Shown here: positions 16,783 through 29,315 of the stretch, piece after piece
Position numbering within the stretch: the first letter of the stretch is position 1
How the letters are laid out: every line of letters begins with the position of its first letter
Assembly (NCBI GenBank): GCA_045586185.1
Contig: JAZMZV010000246.1
Location: forward strand, 10,945-74,944
Origin: Thermoguttaceae bacterium
Lineage (GTDB): Bacteria > Planctomycetota > Planctomycetia > Pirellulales > Thermoguttaceae
DNA: 64,000 nucleotides
Reading direction: 5' to 3'
Translations under genes and position numbers: made by a program
The notes under the pieces: generated by a model
Told to the model about the DNA's origin: nothing
Database searches by the model: none
What the model saw: only the letters and a program-made list of their open reading frames with translations

Positions 16783-16805
16783 GCGACGGCAAACCGTCGC
16801 ACTCC
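16783..16805. repeat. GGAGTGCGRCGG hairpin motif, copy 3 (inverted)
   Basis: GCGACGGCAAACCGTCGCACTCC is the reverse complement of GGAGTGCGACGGTTTGCCGTCGC. With copy 2 it forms an inverted pair around a 108-nt AT-rich segment. Confidence 0.75.
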
Positions 16806-16818
16806 AAAGTCCACCCAA

Positions 16819-18006
16819 ATGAAAAGAATCCTGCTCTCCCTGTTTGTCGCCGTTATCGCCTTTAGCGCCAATGCATCTTCAGCGCAATACCCTCAATTTA
16901 ACGCCCCGGACGACAGACCGATCGTCTGGTTTGTTCACGGCATGGTTACCGTTCAGGACAAGTTTGAAAGAGAGCTTGCCGAGCTTCGTGAAATCTATCC
17001 GAACGCGGAGTCGGTCGAACTGAAAAAATGGAACTCGCCCAAGTTGAACCTGGTTCAAATGGGTCCCGCCTGGAGCATTTCGCTGGAAAACGCGAAACAG
17101 TACGCTCCCGTTCTGGCAGACGAGATAATTCGCCTGCCCGCCCACCGACGCAACAGACTGATTTTGGTTGGACATTCGCTCGGCGGAAGAATCGTTATCA
17201 ACGCGGCGGCGCTCTGTCAGCAAAGAAACGTAACCGTAAGAAAAATCATCCTGGCAGGGTCGGCTATCAACAACGACGACCCCAACATTACCGCAACCTT
17301 TGCCGTTTCTCGGGAACCGGTTGTCAATCTGGTTAACGTCAACGACGCGATGCTGGCGGTTTACAAAGTCGGTGGGGAATTTGCGCCGGCGCTGGGAACC
17401 GGGTACTTGTACCCCGTCGACCCGATGCGTTTTATAGAACTGACCATGGACGGCACTGTCAATCACTTTGGATTTGAGTATCTGGAAAACTATAAAAAAC
17501 GACTCAAGACCGGGAACTTTACCAACAAGTACATTGTCGTTCCCCAGGATTTCAGCAACGTCGATTTCCCGACACTGGGCGGGACGGTGGCGTGGGACGC
17601 GTTGGACTCCTGCTCCGGCTGGATTCTGCAGCACAATCAGGTAACAGGGCATTGCCGGATTATCGACCCGGACGGCATCCGAAAAGCCTGGGGACGATTG
17701 GGAAAGATGCAAATCGCTTTTGAGAAAGTTAAGCAACAAATCGCGCTGCGTCAGCCAAACCAATTTAACGCCAAGACTGCAAAAGATATTGTTGTCATAC
17801 AGGATTTTTACAACTGGGACAGGTCAACCGCCGGGGGAGAAGTCTGGTGGAACAATATCGATCAGTTCCGCGGATGGAAACTGCAGCAGCATAAACTCAC
17901 CGGGCATTGTCGAATCCTGGACGAGTCCGACGTTCGCCGCGCCTGGGGAACAGAATCCAACATGCAAAAATCCTTCGACGACGTCAAGCGGCAGCTGGAA
18001 AGATAG
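16819..18006 (+). CDS. exported alpha/beta hydrolase (DUF900-like) with two C-terminal ~70-aa repeats of unknown function
   Basis: Signal peptide and GXSXG nucleophile elbow LILVGHSLGGRIV. Tandem repeats at ~17527-17745 and ~17782-18000 (W..L....GW.LQ.N..TGHCRI.D....R.AWG....MQ..F..VK.Q). Confidence 0.8.
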   Translation: MKRILLSLFVAVIAFSANASSAQYPQFNAPDDRPIVWFVHGMVTVQDKFERELAELREIYPNAESVELKKWNSPKLNLVQMGPAWSISLENAKQYAPVLADEIIRLPAHRRNRLILVGHSLGGRIVINAAALCQQRNVTVRKIILAGSAINNDDPNITATFAVSREPVVNLVNVNDAMLAVYKVGGEFAPALGTGYLYPVDPMRFIELTMDGTVNHFGFEYLENYKKRLKTGNFTNKYIVVPQDFSNVDFPTLGGTVAWDALDSCSGWILQHNQVTGHCRIIDPDGIRKAWGRLGKMQIAFEKVKQQIALRQPNQFNAKTAKDIVVIQDFYNWDRSTAGGEVWWNNIDQFRGWKLQQHKLTGHCRILDESDVRRAWGTESNMQKSFDDVKRQLER

Positions 18007-18084
18007 TTGGCAGGCGTCCAGCATACATTTTTCATTGCCATTTGAATTTACCGTCAATCATTTTCCCAAAAATAGCGCGGCATT

Positions 18085-19761
18085 ATGAAACTCGAAAAAG
18101 TTCTGTGCATTGTATTATTATTGACCCTGAGCGTTTCGGGAACGCTCAACGCGGAAGAAAATTCTACGACTAAAAGAAGCATTGAAGATGCCAAGTCCGC
18201 TTTGGGCAAATCGACCGTAGACCGTTTTGAACAGATGTTTCAATCTGGCGATTTTGATTTCAAGACGTATGGAAATCACGGCGTTACAGTTTTACACTAC
18301 GCTGTCTTTATGAACGATCAAGAACGCGTTAAACTGCTAATCGAAAAAGGAGCCGACGTCAATGCCAAGGATATTGACAGTACAACGCTGTTAATGGCTG
18401 CTACTGATAACAACAATCTGGAAATAACAAAATATCTTGTCGAGAACGGCGCTGACGTCAACGTCCCAGACGACGACGGCGATACAGCTGTATTCTTTGC
18501 AGCTCTAAACGGCAATTGGGAAATGGTTCAATATCTTGTCGAGAAAGGCGCAGATATTACAACTAAAAATAAAAATGATAACACAATTTTAAACTTTGCA
18601 GCTCAAAGCGGCAATTTGAAATTGGTACAATGGCTGGTCGATAAAGGAATAAACGTCAACGCTAAAAACGACAGAGAGTATACATGTCTTCACCATGCAG
18701 CTCAAAGCGGCGATCTGGAGCTGGTTCAATGGCTGGTTGAGAAAGGGCTGGACGTCAACGCTAAAACGGATGAAGACTACACATGCCTGTACCTTGCAGC
18801 TCAAAGCGGGAGTCTGGAGTTGGTCAAATGGCTAGTCGAGAAAGGACTGGACGTCAACGCTGTAAGCGAAGACGATTCAACGCCTCTGCACGCGGCAGCT
18901 CAAAGCGGCAAATTGGAACTGGTCAAATGGCTGGTCGAACAGGGCGCTGACATTCATGCCAAAACGTACAGTAGTCAGACTGTATTATGCTATGCAGCTC
19001 AAAGCGGCAATCTGGAACTGGTTCAATGGCTGGTCGAACAAGGGGCTGAAGGCGTCAAAGATTATGACGTTTTGTATGAAGCGGTTCACAGCAGAAATAT
19101 GGAGCTGATTCAATGGCTCATTGATCAGGGCGCAGACGTATCCACCAATTATTCGGTATTGACCAGCGCGGTTTATTATAACGATATGAAGCTGGCGCAA
19201 TATCTTGTTAAACATGGGGCTAACGTGCGAAAGTCTGTTAACGCATTAGATCAAGCGGTATGGTCCGGCAATATGGAAATGCTTGAATGGCTTATCGCTC
19301 ATGGAGCGGACGTCGACAGTAGAGACAGCGAGGGAAGGTCAGTTTTGTGGTACGCTGTCAACAGTAATAATAAGGACATACTGCATTATCTTATCGAGCA
19401 TGAAGGCGTTGACGTCAATTCATACATATATAAATCATCCATATATAATAATAGTTATTTCTCAGCCTTGGAGGAAGCGGTAAACAGAAACGATTTGGAA
19501 ACGGTCAAATACCTGGTGGAACACGGCGCATATATCAATCCGCATCACGGATTTAAATATTATCGCATTCCCGGCTGGTATAATATGGATCATGTTGATC
19601 AGGAAATTGTACAATATCTTAGAGAACGCGATACTGTTCTTAAAGGACTATCAATCGCGGTATGGCTGATAGTTCTGGCGGTTTTCCTGGCAATTGTCTA
19701 TTTTATCTACAGAATGACTCGACCTAAAAAGCCCGCGAAGACAGAATTATCGAGTTCGTGA
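18085..19761 (+). CDS. exported, C-terminally membrane-anchored ankyrin-repeat protein (paralogue 2)
   Basis: Same architecture as 12374-13969: signal peptide MKLEKVLCIVLLLTLSVSGTLNA, a conserved N-terminal segment (VDRFEQMFQSGDFD...TVLHYAVFMND), ANK repeats, and a C-terminal TM helix LSIAVWLIVLAVFLAIVYFIY followed by RMTRPKKP. Confidence 0.9.
   Translation: MKLEKVLCIVLLLTLSVSGTLNAEENSTTKRSIEDAKSALGKSTVDRFEQMFQSGDFDFKTYGNHGVTVLHYAVFMNDQERVKLLIEKGADVNAKDIDSTTLLMAATDNNNLEITKYLVENGADVNVPDDDGDTAVFFAALNGNWEMVQYLVEKGADITTKNKNDNTILNFAAQSGNLKLVQWLVDKGINVNAKNDREYTCLHHAAQSGDLELVQWLVEKGLDVNAKTDEDYTCLYLAAQSGSLELVKWLVEKGLDVNAVSEDDSTPLHAAAQSGKLELVKWLVEQGADIHAKTYSSQTVLCYAAQSGNLELVQWLVEQGAEGVKDYDVLYEAVHSRNMELIQWLIDQGADVSTNYSVLTSAVYYNDMKLAQYLVKHGANVRKSVNALDQAVWSGNMEMLEWLIAHGADVDSRDSEGRSVLWYAVNSNNKDILHYLIEHEGVDVNSYIYKSSIYNNSYFSALEEAVNRNDLETVKYLVEHGAYINPHHGFKYYRIPGWYNMDHVDQEIVQYLRERDTVLKGLSIAVWLIVLAVFLAIVYFIYRMTRPKKPAKTELSSS
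18598..19092 (+). repeat. five tandem 99-bp units (ANK repeats with high nucleotide identity) inside ankyrin gene 2
   Basis: GCAGCTCAAAGCGG...CTGGTTCAATGGCTGGTCGA recurs at 18598, 18697, 18796, 18895 and 18994, an exact 99-nt period. Confidence 0.85.
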
Positions 19762-19823
19762 GAACGGATGCCTGCCCGTCGCGAAGAATAGCAGTTTGGT
19801 CAGAAAAACAAAACCAGAAAACA

Positions 19824-19857
19824 AAAATCGCCGTCGGATTACTCTGACGGCGATTTT
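19824..19857. terminator. hairpin between convergent ankyrin gene 2 and rplU
   Basis: 12-bp stem AAAATCGCCGTC/GACGGCGATTTT with a 10-nt loop. The A/T runs are part of the stem on both strands. Confidence 0.5.
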
Positions 19858-19883
19858 GATGTATCTGTAAAACAGAGGGCGAA

Positions 19884-20198
19884 TTAGCCGAGAATCTGTT
19901 CGACAACGACCTTGGTATACTTCTGACGATGTCCGTTGCGGCGTTTGGAGTCCTTGCGGCGACGGAATTTCTGGACGACCAGTTTGGGTCCTTTTTCAAC
20001 GTTGAGAACCTTAACGACGACTTTCGCGCCTTCCAGAGCCGGTTTGCCGATCTTCAGTCCTTCGTCTGTGCGGATAGCCAAAACGTTGGTCAGATCGATT
20101 TTGTCGTCGGGATTGACGTTATCACGGTAATCAATGCAAAAGCGCAAACCTTCTTCAACTTTAAATTGACGTCCGCCGTCTTCAATAATTGCGTACAT
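19884..20198 (-). CDS. rplU: 50S ribosomal protein L21
   Basis: MYAIIEDGGRQFKVEEG...VLAIR...KFRRRKDSKRRNGHRQKYTKV is typical of L21. Confidence 0.95.
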   Translation of the reverse strand: MYAIIEDGGRQFKVEEGLRFCIDYRDNVNPDDKIDLTNVLAIRTDEGLKIGKPALEGAKVVVKVLNVEKGPKLVVQKFRRRKDSKRRNGHRQKYTKVVVEQILG

Positions 20199-20332
20199 TG
20201 CGTTTTCCTCAAAAAACTTTATGGCGTTAAGCTTCGGCGCCCGATATTACTTGGGAGAAAATAACGTCCGACGCCCCAAATTATTAAAATTACATTGGCT
20301 GAAAACGGAGGGAATCGCTTTCAGTTCTGCAT

Positions 20333-20360
20333 AATATAGCAGTTTTATCATAAATTACAA
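20333..20360 (-). promoter_or_regulatory. sigma70-like promoter for rplU
   Basis: On the minus strand: TTGTAA (20355-20360), 16-nt spacer, TATATT (20333-20338). Leader about 125 nt. Confidence 0.45.
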
Positions 20361-20403
20361 GGGAGTACAGGGGCGATTTCCCCAAAAATAATTCATTTTG
20401 ACG

Positions 20404-20431
20404 TTGACTTTTCTCAAATAGATACTAAAAT
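20404..20431 (+). promoter_or_regulatory. sigma70-like promoter placing the transcription start a few nt before ATG 20442
   Basis: TTGACT (20404-20409), 16-nt spacer, TAAAAT (20426-20431). Only 10 nt separate it from ATG 20442, giving a near-leaderless mRNA. Confidence 0.45.
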
Positions 20432-20441
20432 TACTGTCGAA

Positions 20442-22139
<1,698 letters not shown>

Positions 22140-22207
22140 GTTGCGAGTTGCGAGTTGCGAGTTGCGAGAATCGCCGCTTGCGTACTACTGCCTACTGCCT
22201 ACTGCCT
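22140..22207. repeat. heptamer-array element (GCGAGTT arm / CTACTGC arm)
   Basis: GTTGCGA x4, centre AATCGCCGCTTGCGTA, CTACTGC x3. It fills the spacer between convergent genes (stops at 22139 and 22211). Confidence 0.9.
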
Positions 22208-22210
22208 CCG

Positions 22211-23434
22211 TTACTCTTTCAATTCTTCCCCTTCTGAGCGCGCAATATAGACGGCGCAGCAGGTGTCGCCGTAGATGTTGACGGTGGTTCTGGTCATGTC
22301 GAGAATGCGGTCAATGGCGAGGATGACGCCCAAGCCTTCCAACGGCAGCCCAACGGCGCGTAAGGCAATAGCAGTCATGACAAAACTTGCCATCGGGATT
22401 CCCGCTGTGCCGGCGGCTGCAAGCATGACAAGCGTGACCATAATTATCTGGTCTGAAAGTGAAAGCGGAAGTCCGTACGCCTGAGACAGGAATATAACAA
22501 TAACGCATTCATACAGAGCCGTGCCGTTCATGTTGAGCGTTGCACCCAAAGGAATAACAAATCCCGACGTCTGACGAGAAACGCCGCTGTTCTTTTCCAG
22601 ACATTCCATCGAAAGAGGAATGGTCGCGTTGGACGTGGCTGTCGAAAACGCCGTCAGCAGGCTTGGAAGCATGTTCACCATGTGACGAATCGGATTGACT
22701 TTGGCGAAGACAATCAAAACAATCGACAGCGTTATAAAGAAGTGGAATCCCATCCCTAAAAAGCTGGTCAGCATAAACATGCCCAGAGAACTGGCGGCTT
22801 GCACCAGTTTGTCGGAATCGCCGGCGTATTTGGCGCACTGAACGGCTATAAGCCCAAAGACGCCAATGGGCGCCAGTCGAACGACCAGCAGCGTCATCTG
22901 CATCATCAGTTCAAAGCACGAGCGGAAAAAATTCTTGAGCGTTTGCGCGTTCGACGACGGTATTGAGTGAATGAGCGTCCCCGCCAGAAAAGCGAAAAAG
23001 ATTACAGGAAGCATGTTTCCCTTGGACATATCCTCAACGACGTTGTTGGGAATCATGTTCATCAACAGTTCGACAAAAGACTTTTGCTGCGCCTGAATCG
23101 CCTGAATATCTTCGAGGTTTGTCGGCATTTCCAGCCCAACGCCCGGACGAAGAATTGTAACAAAAACCATGCCGGTCAGAATCGCCAGCAGCGTCGTGCA
23201 GGCGTAAAAGCCGATGGTTTTGAATCCCATTCGTTTAAGCGCTTCTCCGTCTGGAAGGTTGCCGATTGCGGAAATAATCGAACAAAATATCAACGGCAAA
23301 ACCAGCATGTTAAGCAGCCGCAGGAACAGCGTCCCCATCCAGCCAACGTATCCGATATACGGATAAAACCAGATGCCGAAAACAATTCCGAGGACGATTG
23401 CAATCAAAATCTGCCAATGCAGAGCAAGTTTCAT
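22211..23434 (-). CDS. dicarboxylate/amino acid:cation symporter (DAACS family)
   Basis: 407 aa, polytopic. Family-typical segments SSLGMFMLTSFLG, ATSNATIPLSMEC, VIPLGATLNMNGTALYE and DRILDMTRTTVNIYGD. Confidence 0.9.
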   Translation of the reverse strand: MKLALHWQILIAIVLGIVFGIWFYPYIGYVGWMGTLFLRLLNMLVLPLIFCSIISAIGNLPDGEALKRMGFKTIGFYACTTLLAILTGMVFVTILRPGVGLEMPTNLEDIQAIQAQQKSFVELLMNMIPNNVVEDMSKGNMLPVIFFAFLAGTLIHSIPSSNAQTLKNFFRSCFELMMQMTLLVVRLAPIGVFGLIAVQCAKYAGDSDKLVQAASSLGMFMLTSFLGMGFHFFITLSIVLIVFAKVNPIRHMVNMLPSLLTAFSTATSNATIPLSMECLEKNSGVSRQTSGFVIPLGATLNMNGTALYECVIVIFLSQAYGLPLSLSDQIIMVTLVMLAAAGTAGIPMASFVMTAIALRAVGLPLEGLGVILAIDRILDMTRTTVNIYGDTCCAVYIARSEGEELKE

Positions 23435-23609
23435 AATAGTTTAGGGGGTAGGGAATGGAAGGTTGTCAATCAGCAAACCGCCGACAATAAACATTAGTTC
23501 TATTGTATCCAAATTTCAATAAAAGTAAAGACGGAGAAAATCGATTAAACGGATAAAATTTTCTTTTCGATTATCGACGTTTTTTTGACGATTTCTGACG
23601 TTTAAGCCC

Positions 23610-23638
23610 TTGTAAGAACGCCCTGAAAGCCATATAAT
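23610..23638 (+). promoter_or_regulatory. sigma70-like promoter for the 23793 gene
   Basis: TTGTAA (23610-23615), 17-nt spacer, TATAAT (23633-23638). The ~150-nt leader is almost entirely a heptamer-array element. Confidence 0.5.
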
Positions 23639-23640
23639 AA

Positions 23641-23777
23641 GTGGTAATTAGTAATGAGTAATTGACGCGAAGCGTTCCGCTAGAACCGCGCTAGCGGTTC
23701 AATATTAGGAGTAAGTAATTAGTTCGCAAGCGCTACTCATACCTACTACTTACTACTAACCACTAACCACTAATCAC
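23641..23777. repeat. heptamer-array element (GTAATKA/GGAGTAA arms, ACCACTA arm) with inner hairpin
   Basis: GTGGTAATTAGTAATGAGTAATTGA, hairpin GAACCGC GCTA GCGGTTC (23683-23700), GGAGTAAGTAATTAGTT, CGCAAGCG, CTACTCATACCTACTACTTACTACTAACCACTAACCACTAATCAC. Confidence 0.85.
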
Positions 23778-23792
23778 TTAAAATACGCTCAA

Positions 23793-25706
23793 ATGCGAAT
23801 TACAATATCAATATTCCTGGCGACGTTTTTTATTTACGGCTTTGCTTTGGCGCAAGAGGAGCAAACTCCTTTCCCGATTCTGCCGGAAGAATTGGAAGCG
23901 GCAGAGCCTTTAGACGATACTGCCGTAGCGGAGACGCCCAATCTGGCGGAAGACGTTCAACCGTTAACAAATGACGCCGAAGAAGCCGTTCCGGAAGAAA
24001 CGCCGTCGGATCCGCCGGAACAGGAAACGGATCAACCGGAACAAACAATGCTGCCTGAAGGCATTTCCGAAGAAGAAGCCCGCTGGGCGAACTGGTCGGA
24101 CTGGGATAACGTGGGCGCGAAAAACGACAATTCCAACGTCGCGCCTCAACAGCAGGAACTGATCGCTCCGCAAACGGAAGAAGACGCTCTTGTTGACCAG
24201 TCGCACGCCATGGACAAGTCGGCAGTTCCAGAAATTAACGAGAATCTCGACGCGACGCGTCAGATAAGCGCGGAACCGGAAATGACAGACCCGTTTGAAC
24301 AGGCGCTTGATCAAAACAAAGAAGACATTCAAAAGCCAGACAATAACCAGGAAGAAAACGTTACAGAAAACAACGATTTCCAGACAACGGAAAACGCTCA
24401 AAGCGACAATCCGTCTTCGTCCAATAACTCGCAAAAGTCTGTTACAGATTTAATAGATAACGCAACCGCTGAACCCAAATCCGCTTTGCCGCAGGAAACT
24501 CGCTATATGGAGTCGTTTTCATTGCGTCAGGACAAGCCGGCGAAGATAAACAACCGCATTTCCAGCGTCATTGATAAGATCAAAGTCGTTCGACGCCAGT
24601 ATTTTGACAAGCAGCTCAACACGCAAGACAATTCTCCCTTTGAAGCCATGATGTCCGTTTGCGCTTTTGGCTGTTACACGTCGATTCTCTATACCCCTCA
24701 AAACGAGAAATTCAATACGGCTGGGGCGCTGTGCTGGAACTACCCCATGTGCGAGACTTCCATTTTAGCAATCAACCAAAATTCCAAATCGGTAAACAGC
24801 GAGGAGTTTTCCAAAAATCGAACGGGAAAACCTCTCTTTATGACGCGCTATCCTCACGGACGTCTGACCTCCGTTCCGATGAACGAGTCAGGAACAGTTT
24901 TCCCATACATCGGCTACTGCCAGCAGGAGCGAAGCGGCGAGTTCCTGTCCATGCTGGCAATTGCCCGAGTTGCGGTTGATTACGAGTTTACGCCCCGCAT
25001 GCCGATGGATATAGACGTTCTTATCGCCAGCGCGGATGATTCTCCAGACGCGTTACCGCCAGCCGTTCGATCTTCCGGACTGACGTTTACCGTTGCCGAT
25101 CTGGCGTCAGACGCCATGCTCAACTGCCGCGGCGGAGACATGTCCGCACTGTTGACCTGCTTGTCCTATTACGCTCCGCGGGAGAGTTGGAAAAACGCCT
25201 GGGGAGAAGAATGGTCGGTATTGAAGATTCTGGATCATGAACTCAAACGAACTGTCAACCTGTCCGACTCGGACTCAACAGATCGTCTTTACGGTTTAAC
25301 GTATGCGCTTAGGCGCCGGTTGGCGTTTGACGACAAGCGTCTGGAAATTCAGTACGCCATCGTAGACGAATATCTGGAACGGATGAAAGACTTTGCTCTT
25401 TCGATTCAAAATGAAGACGGTTCTTTTAACGGCGCTTTCTTTACCAGAAAAGGCAAAAGCCGGAACCCGGACGACGATTTCGCCGCTACGGCGCATTTCG
25501 CCCGATGGCTGACAATTCTCTATCACAGCAGCGCATTGGACGACCCTCAACTGACGAAAATGATTGAGTTTCTCGTTTCTGAACTCGAACAGCGGCTGGA
25601 AAGCTGGAACCCGTCGGAGATGTCACAAAAAGACGTCCGCGCCGTTGCCTACGCTCTGCAGGCGATTGCGATTTATCAGCAGCGCTGGGCGGCGAAGAGC
25701 AATTAA
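23793..25706 (+). CDS. exported hypothetical protein with long acidic linker (637 aa)
   Basis: Signal peptide MRITISIFLATFFIYGFALAQE, ~200 aa rich in E/P/D/Q/N, then a ~380-aa globular C-terminal region without motifs I can name. Confidence 0.75.
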   Translation: MRITISIFLATFFIYGFALAQEEQTPFPILPEELEAAEPLDDTAVAETPNLAEDVQPLTNDAEEAVPEETPSDPPEQETDQPEQTMLPEGISEEEARWANWSDWDNVGAKNDNSNVAPQQQELIAPQTEEDALVDQSHAMDKSAVPEINENLDATRQISAEPEMTDPFEQALDQNKEDIQKPDNNQEENVTENNDFQTTENAQSDNPSSSNNSQKSVTDLIDNATAEPKSALPQETRYMESFSLRQDKPAKINNRISSVIDKIKVVRRQYFDKQLNTQDNSPFEAMMSVCAFGCYTSILYTPQNEKFNTAGALCWNYPMCETSILAINQNSKSVNSEEFSKNRTGKPLFMTRYPHGRLTSVPMNESGTVFPYIGYCQQERSGEFLSMLAIARVAVDYEFTPRMPMDIDVLIASADDSPDALPPAVRSSGLTFTVADLASDAMLNCRGGDMSALLTCLSYYAPRESWKNAWGEEWSVLKILDHELKRTVNLSDSDSTDRLYGLTYALRRRLAFDDKRLEIQYAIVDEYLERMKDFALSIQNEDGSFNGAFFTRKGKSRNPDDDFAATAHFARWLTILYHSSALDDPQLTKMIEFLVSELEQRLESWNPSEMSQKDVRAVAYALQAIAIYQQRWAAKSN

Positions 25707-25838
25707 GCTACTAGCCGCTAGCTACTAGCTTCTAGCTTGGTTATTTTAGTTTCTGGCTTTAAAAATTAACGCCGAGAACTAAAAATGAACAAGCTAATGG
25801 CTAGTAGCTAATAGCTAACAGCTATCTACTGTCTAACC
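25707..25838. repeat. ~130-nt GCTAG-family long-hairpin element, copy 1
   Basis: 33-nt arms at 25707-25739 and 25790-25822 (25/33 Watson-Crick; 7 of 8 mismatches are transitions). An inner pair TTAGTTTCTGGC/GCCGAGAACTAA is also present. Homologous to 56909-57030. It fills the spacer between convergent stops at 25706 and 25839. Confidence 0.85.
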
Positions 25839-28518
<2,680 letters not shown>

Positions 28519-28636
28519 GGGCAGACCCGCCCTTTTTTCCCGGATTTTCAACGGATTTTTCAAGGTTTTTTTGAGGTTTTCAGCCCCCAATCTTCAGATG
28601 GTAAAATCGATAAAATAGCCTGTCGATTCTCTCCCG

Positions 28637-28664
28637 TTGACAAATCGTTTCAAATGGGTATGAT
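28637..28664 (+). promoter_or_regulatory. sigma70-like promoter for pyrE
   Basis: TTGACA (28637-28642), 16-nt spacer, TATGAT (28659-28664). The leader then runs through the 28677-28735 array. Confidence 0.5.
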
Positions 28665-28676
28665 ATAGATTATTAA

Positions 28677-28735
28677 GTTGCGAGTTGCGAGTAGCGAGTT
28701 GCGAGAATTATCAGTTTATTTAACCACTAACCAAC
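28677..28735. repeat. heptamer-array element (GCGAGTT arm / ACCACTA arm)
   Basis: GTTGCGAGTTGCGAGTAGCGAGTTGCGAG, then AATTATCAGTTTATT, then TAACCACTAACCAAC. The 31-nt left arm is identical to 47013-47043. The track ORF start at 28678 is an artefact. Confidence 0.9.
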
Positions 28736-28746
28736 ATATATTGGTC

Positions 28747-29310
28747 ATGAACTACGACCCGATTGCATTAAAGCAGTTAATTAAAGACAACGCGTTGAAG
28801 TTTGGCGACTTCGTTCTCGCCAGCGGCAAGAAAGCCAAGTACTATTGCGACAGCAAACAGGTAACTCTCGATTCCGAGGGTCTGCGGCTGGTCGGAGAGG
28901 GCATGCTGGAAATTGTCAACTCTCTGCCGTTCCCGATTCAGGCGGTTGGCGGCATGGCAATCGGAGCTGATCCGATTACTGCGTCCGTCTTGTGCGCCGC
29001 CGCCGGGCAGAAAAAACCGCTTAAAGGGTTTATGGTTAGAAAAGAAGCCAAAGACCACGGCACCCAGAAATTTCTCGAAGGCCCCGTCAAGCCGGGCGAC
29101 GAAGTCGTGATTGTAGAAGACGTCGTTACGACGGGCGGTTCGTCCCTCAAAGCGATTGAACGCTGCAACGAGTTCGGGCTCAAAGTCAAGGCGGTTATCG
29201 CTATTCTCGACCGCATGGAAGGCGGACGCGAAAACTTTGAAGCCGCCGGATACCCGCTTTACAGCCTGTTTACGATTCTCGACTTCGGTCTGACGCCGCC
29301 CAAAGAGTAA
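28747..29310 (+). CDS. pyrE: orotate phosphoribosyltransferase
   Basis: Start moved to ATG 28747 (MNYDPIALKQLI). FGDFVLASGKKAKYYCD and the PRPP motif VVIVEDVVTTGGS. Confidence 0.9.
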   Translation: MNYDPIALKQLIKDNALKFGDFVLASGKKAKYYCDSKQVTLDSEGLRLVGEGMLEIVNSLPFPIQAVGGMAIGADPITASVLCAAAGQKKPLKGFMVRKEAKDHGTQKFLEGPVKPGDEVVIVEDVVTTGGSSLKAIERCNEFGLKVKAVIAILDRMEGGRENFEAAGYPLYSLFTILDFGLTPPKE

Positions 29311-29315
29311 TTTGG

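Noticed and set aside
22140-22207. All two-armed array elements as stable stem-loops or intrinsic terminators
   Set aside because: Hand pairing of arms from different families (for example GGCAGUA or GCGAGUU against CUACUGC or CUCGCAA) gives only about 4 of 7 complementary positions, and no U-tract follows. Only same-family loci (33166, 25707, 53834, 3767) form convincing hairpins.
28524-28545. GGGC AGACCC GCCC plus T6 as a plus-strand terminator in the gyrB/pyrE divergent spacer
   Set aside because: No plus-strand gene ends upstream of it, and the stem is only 4 bp. It is more likely incidental sequence within the divergent promoter region.
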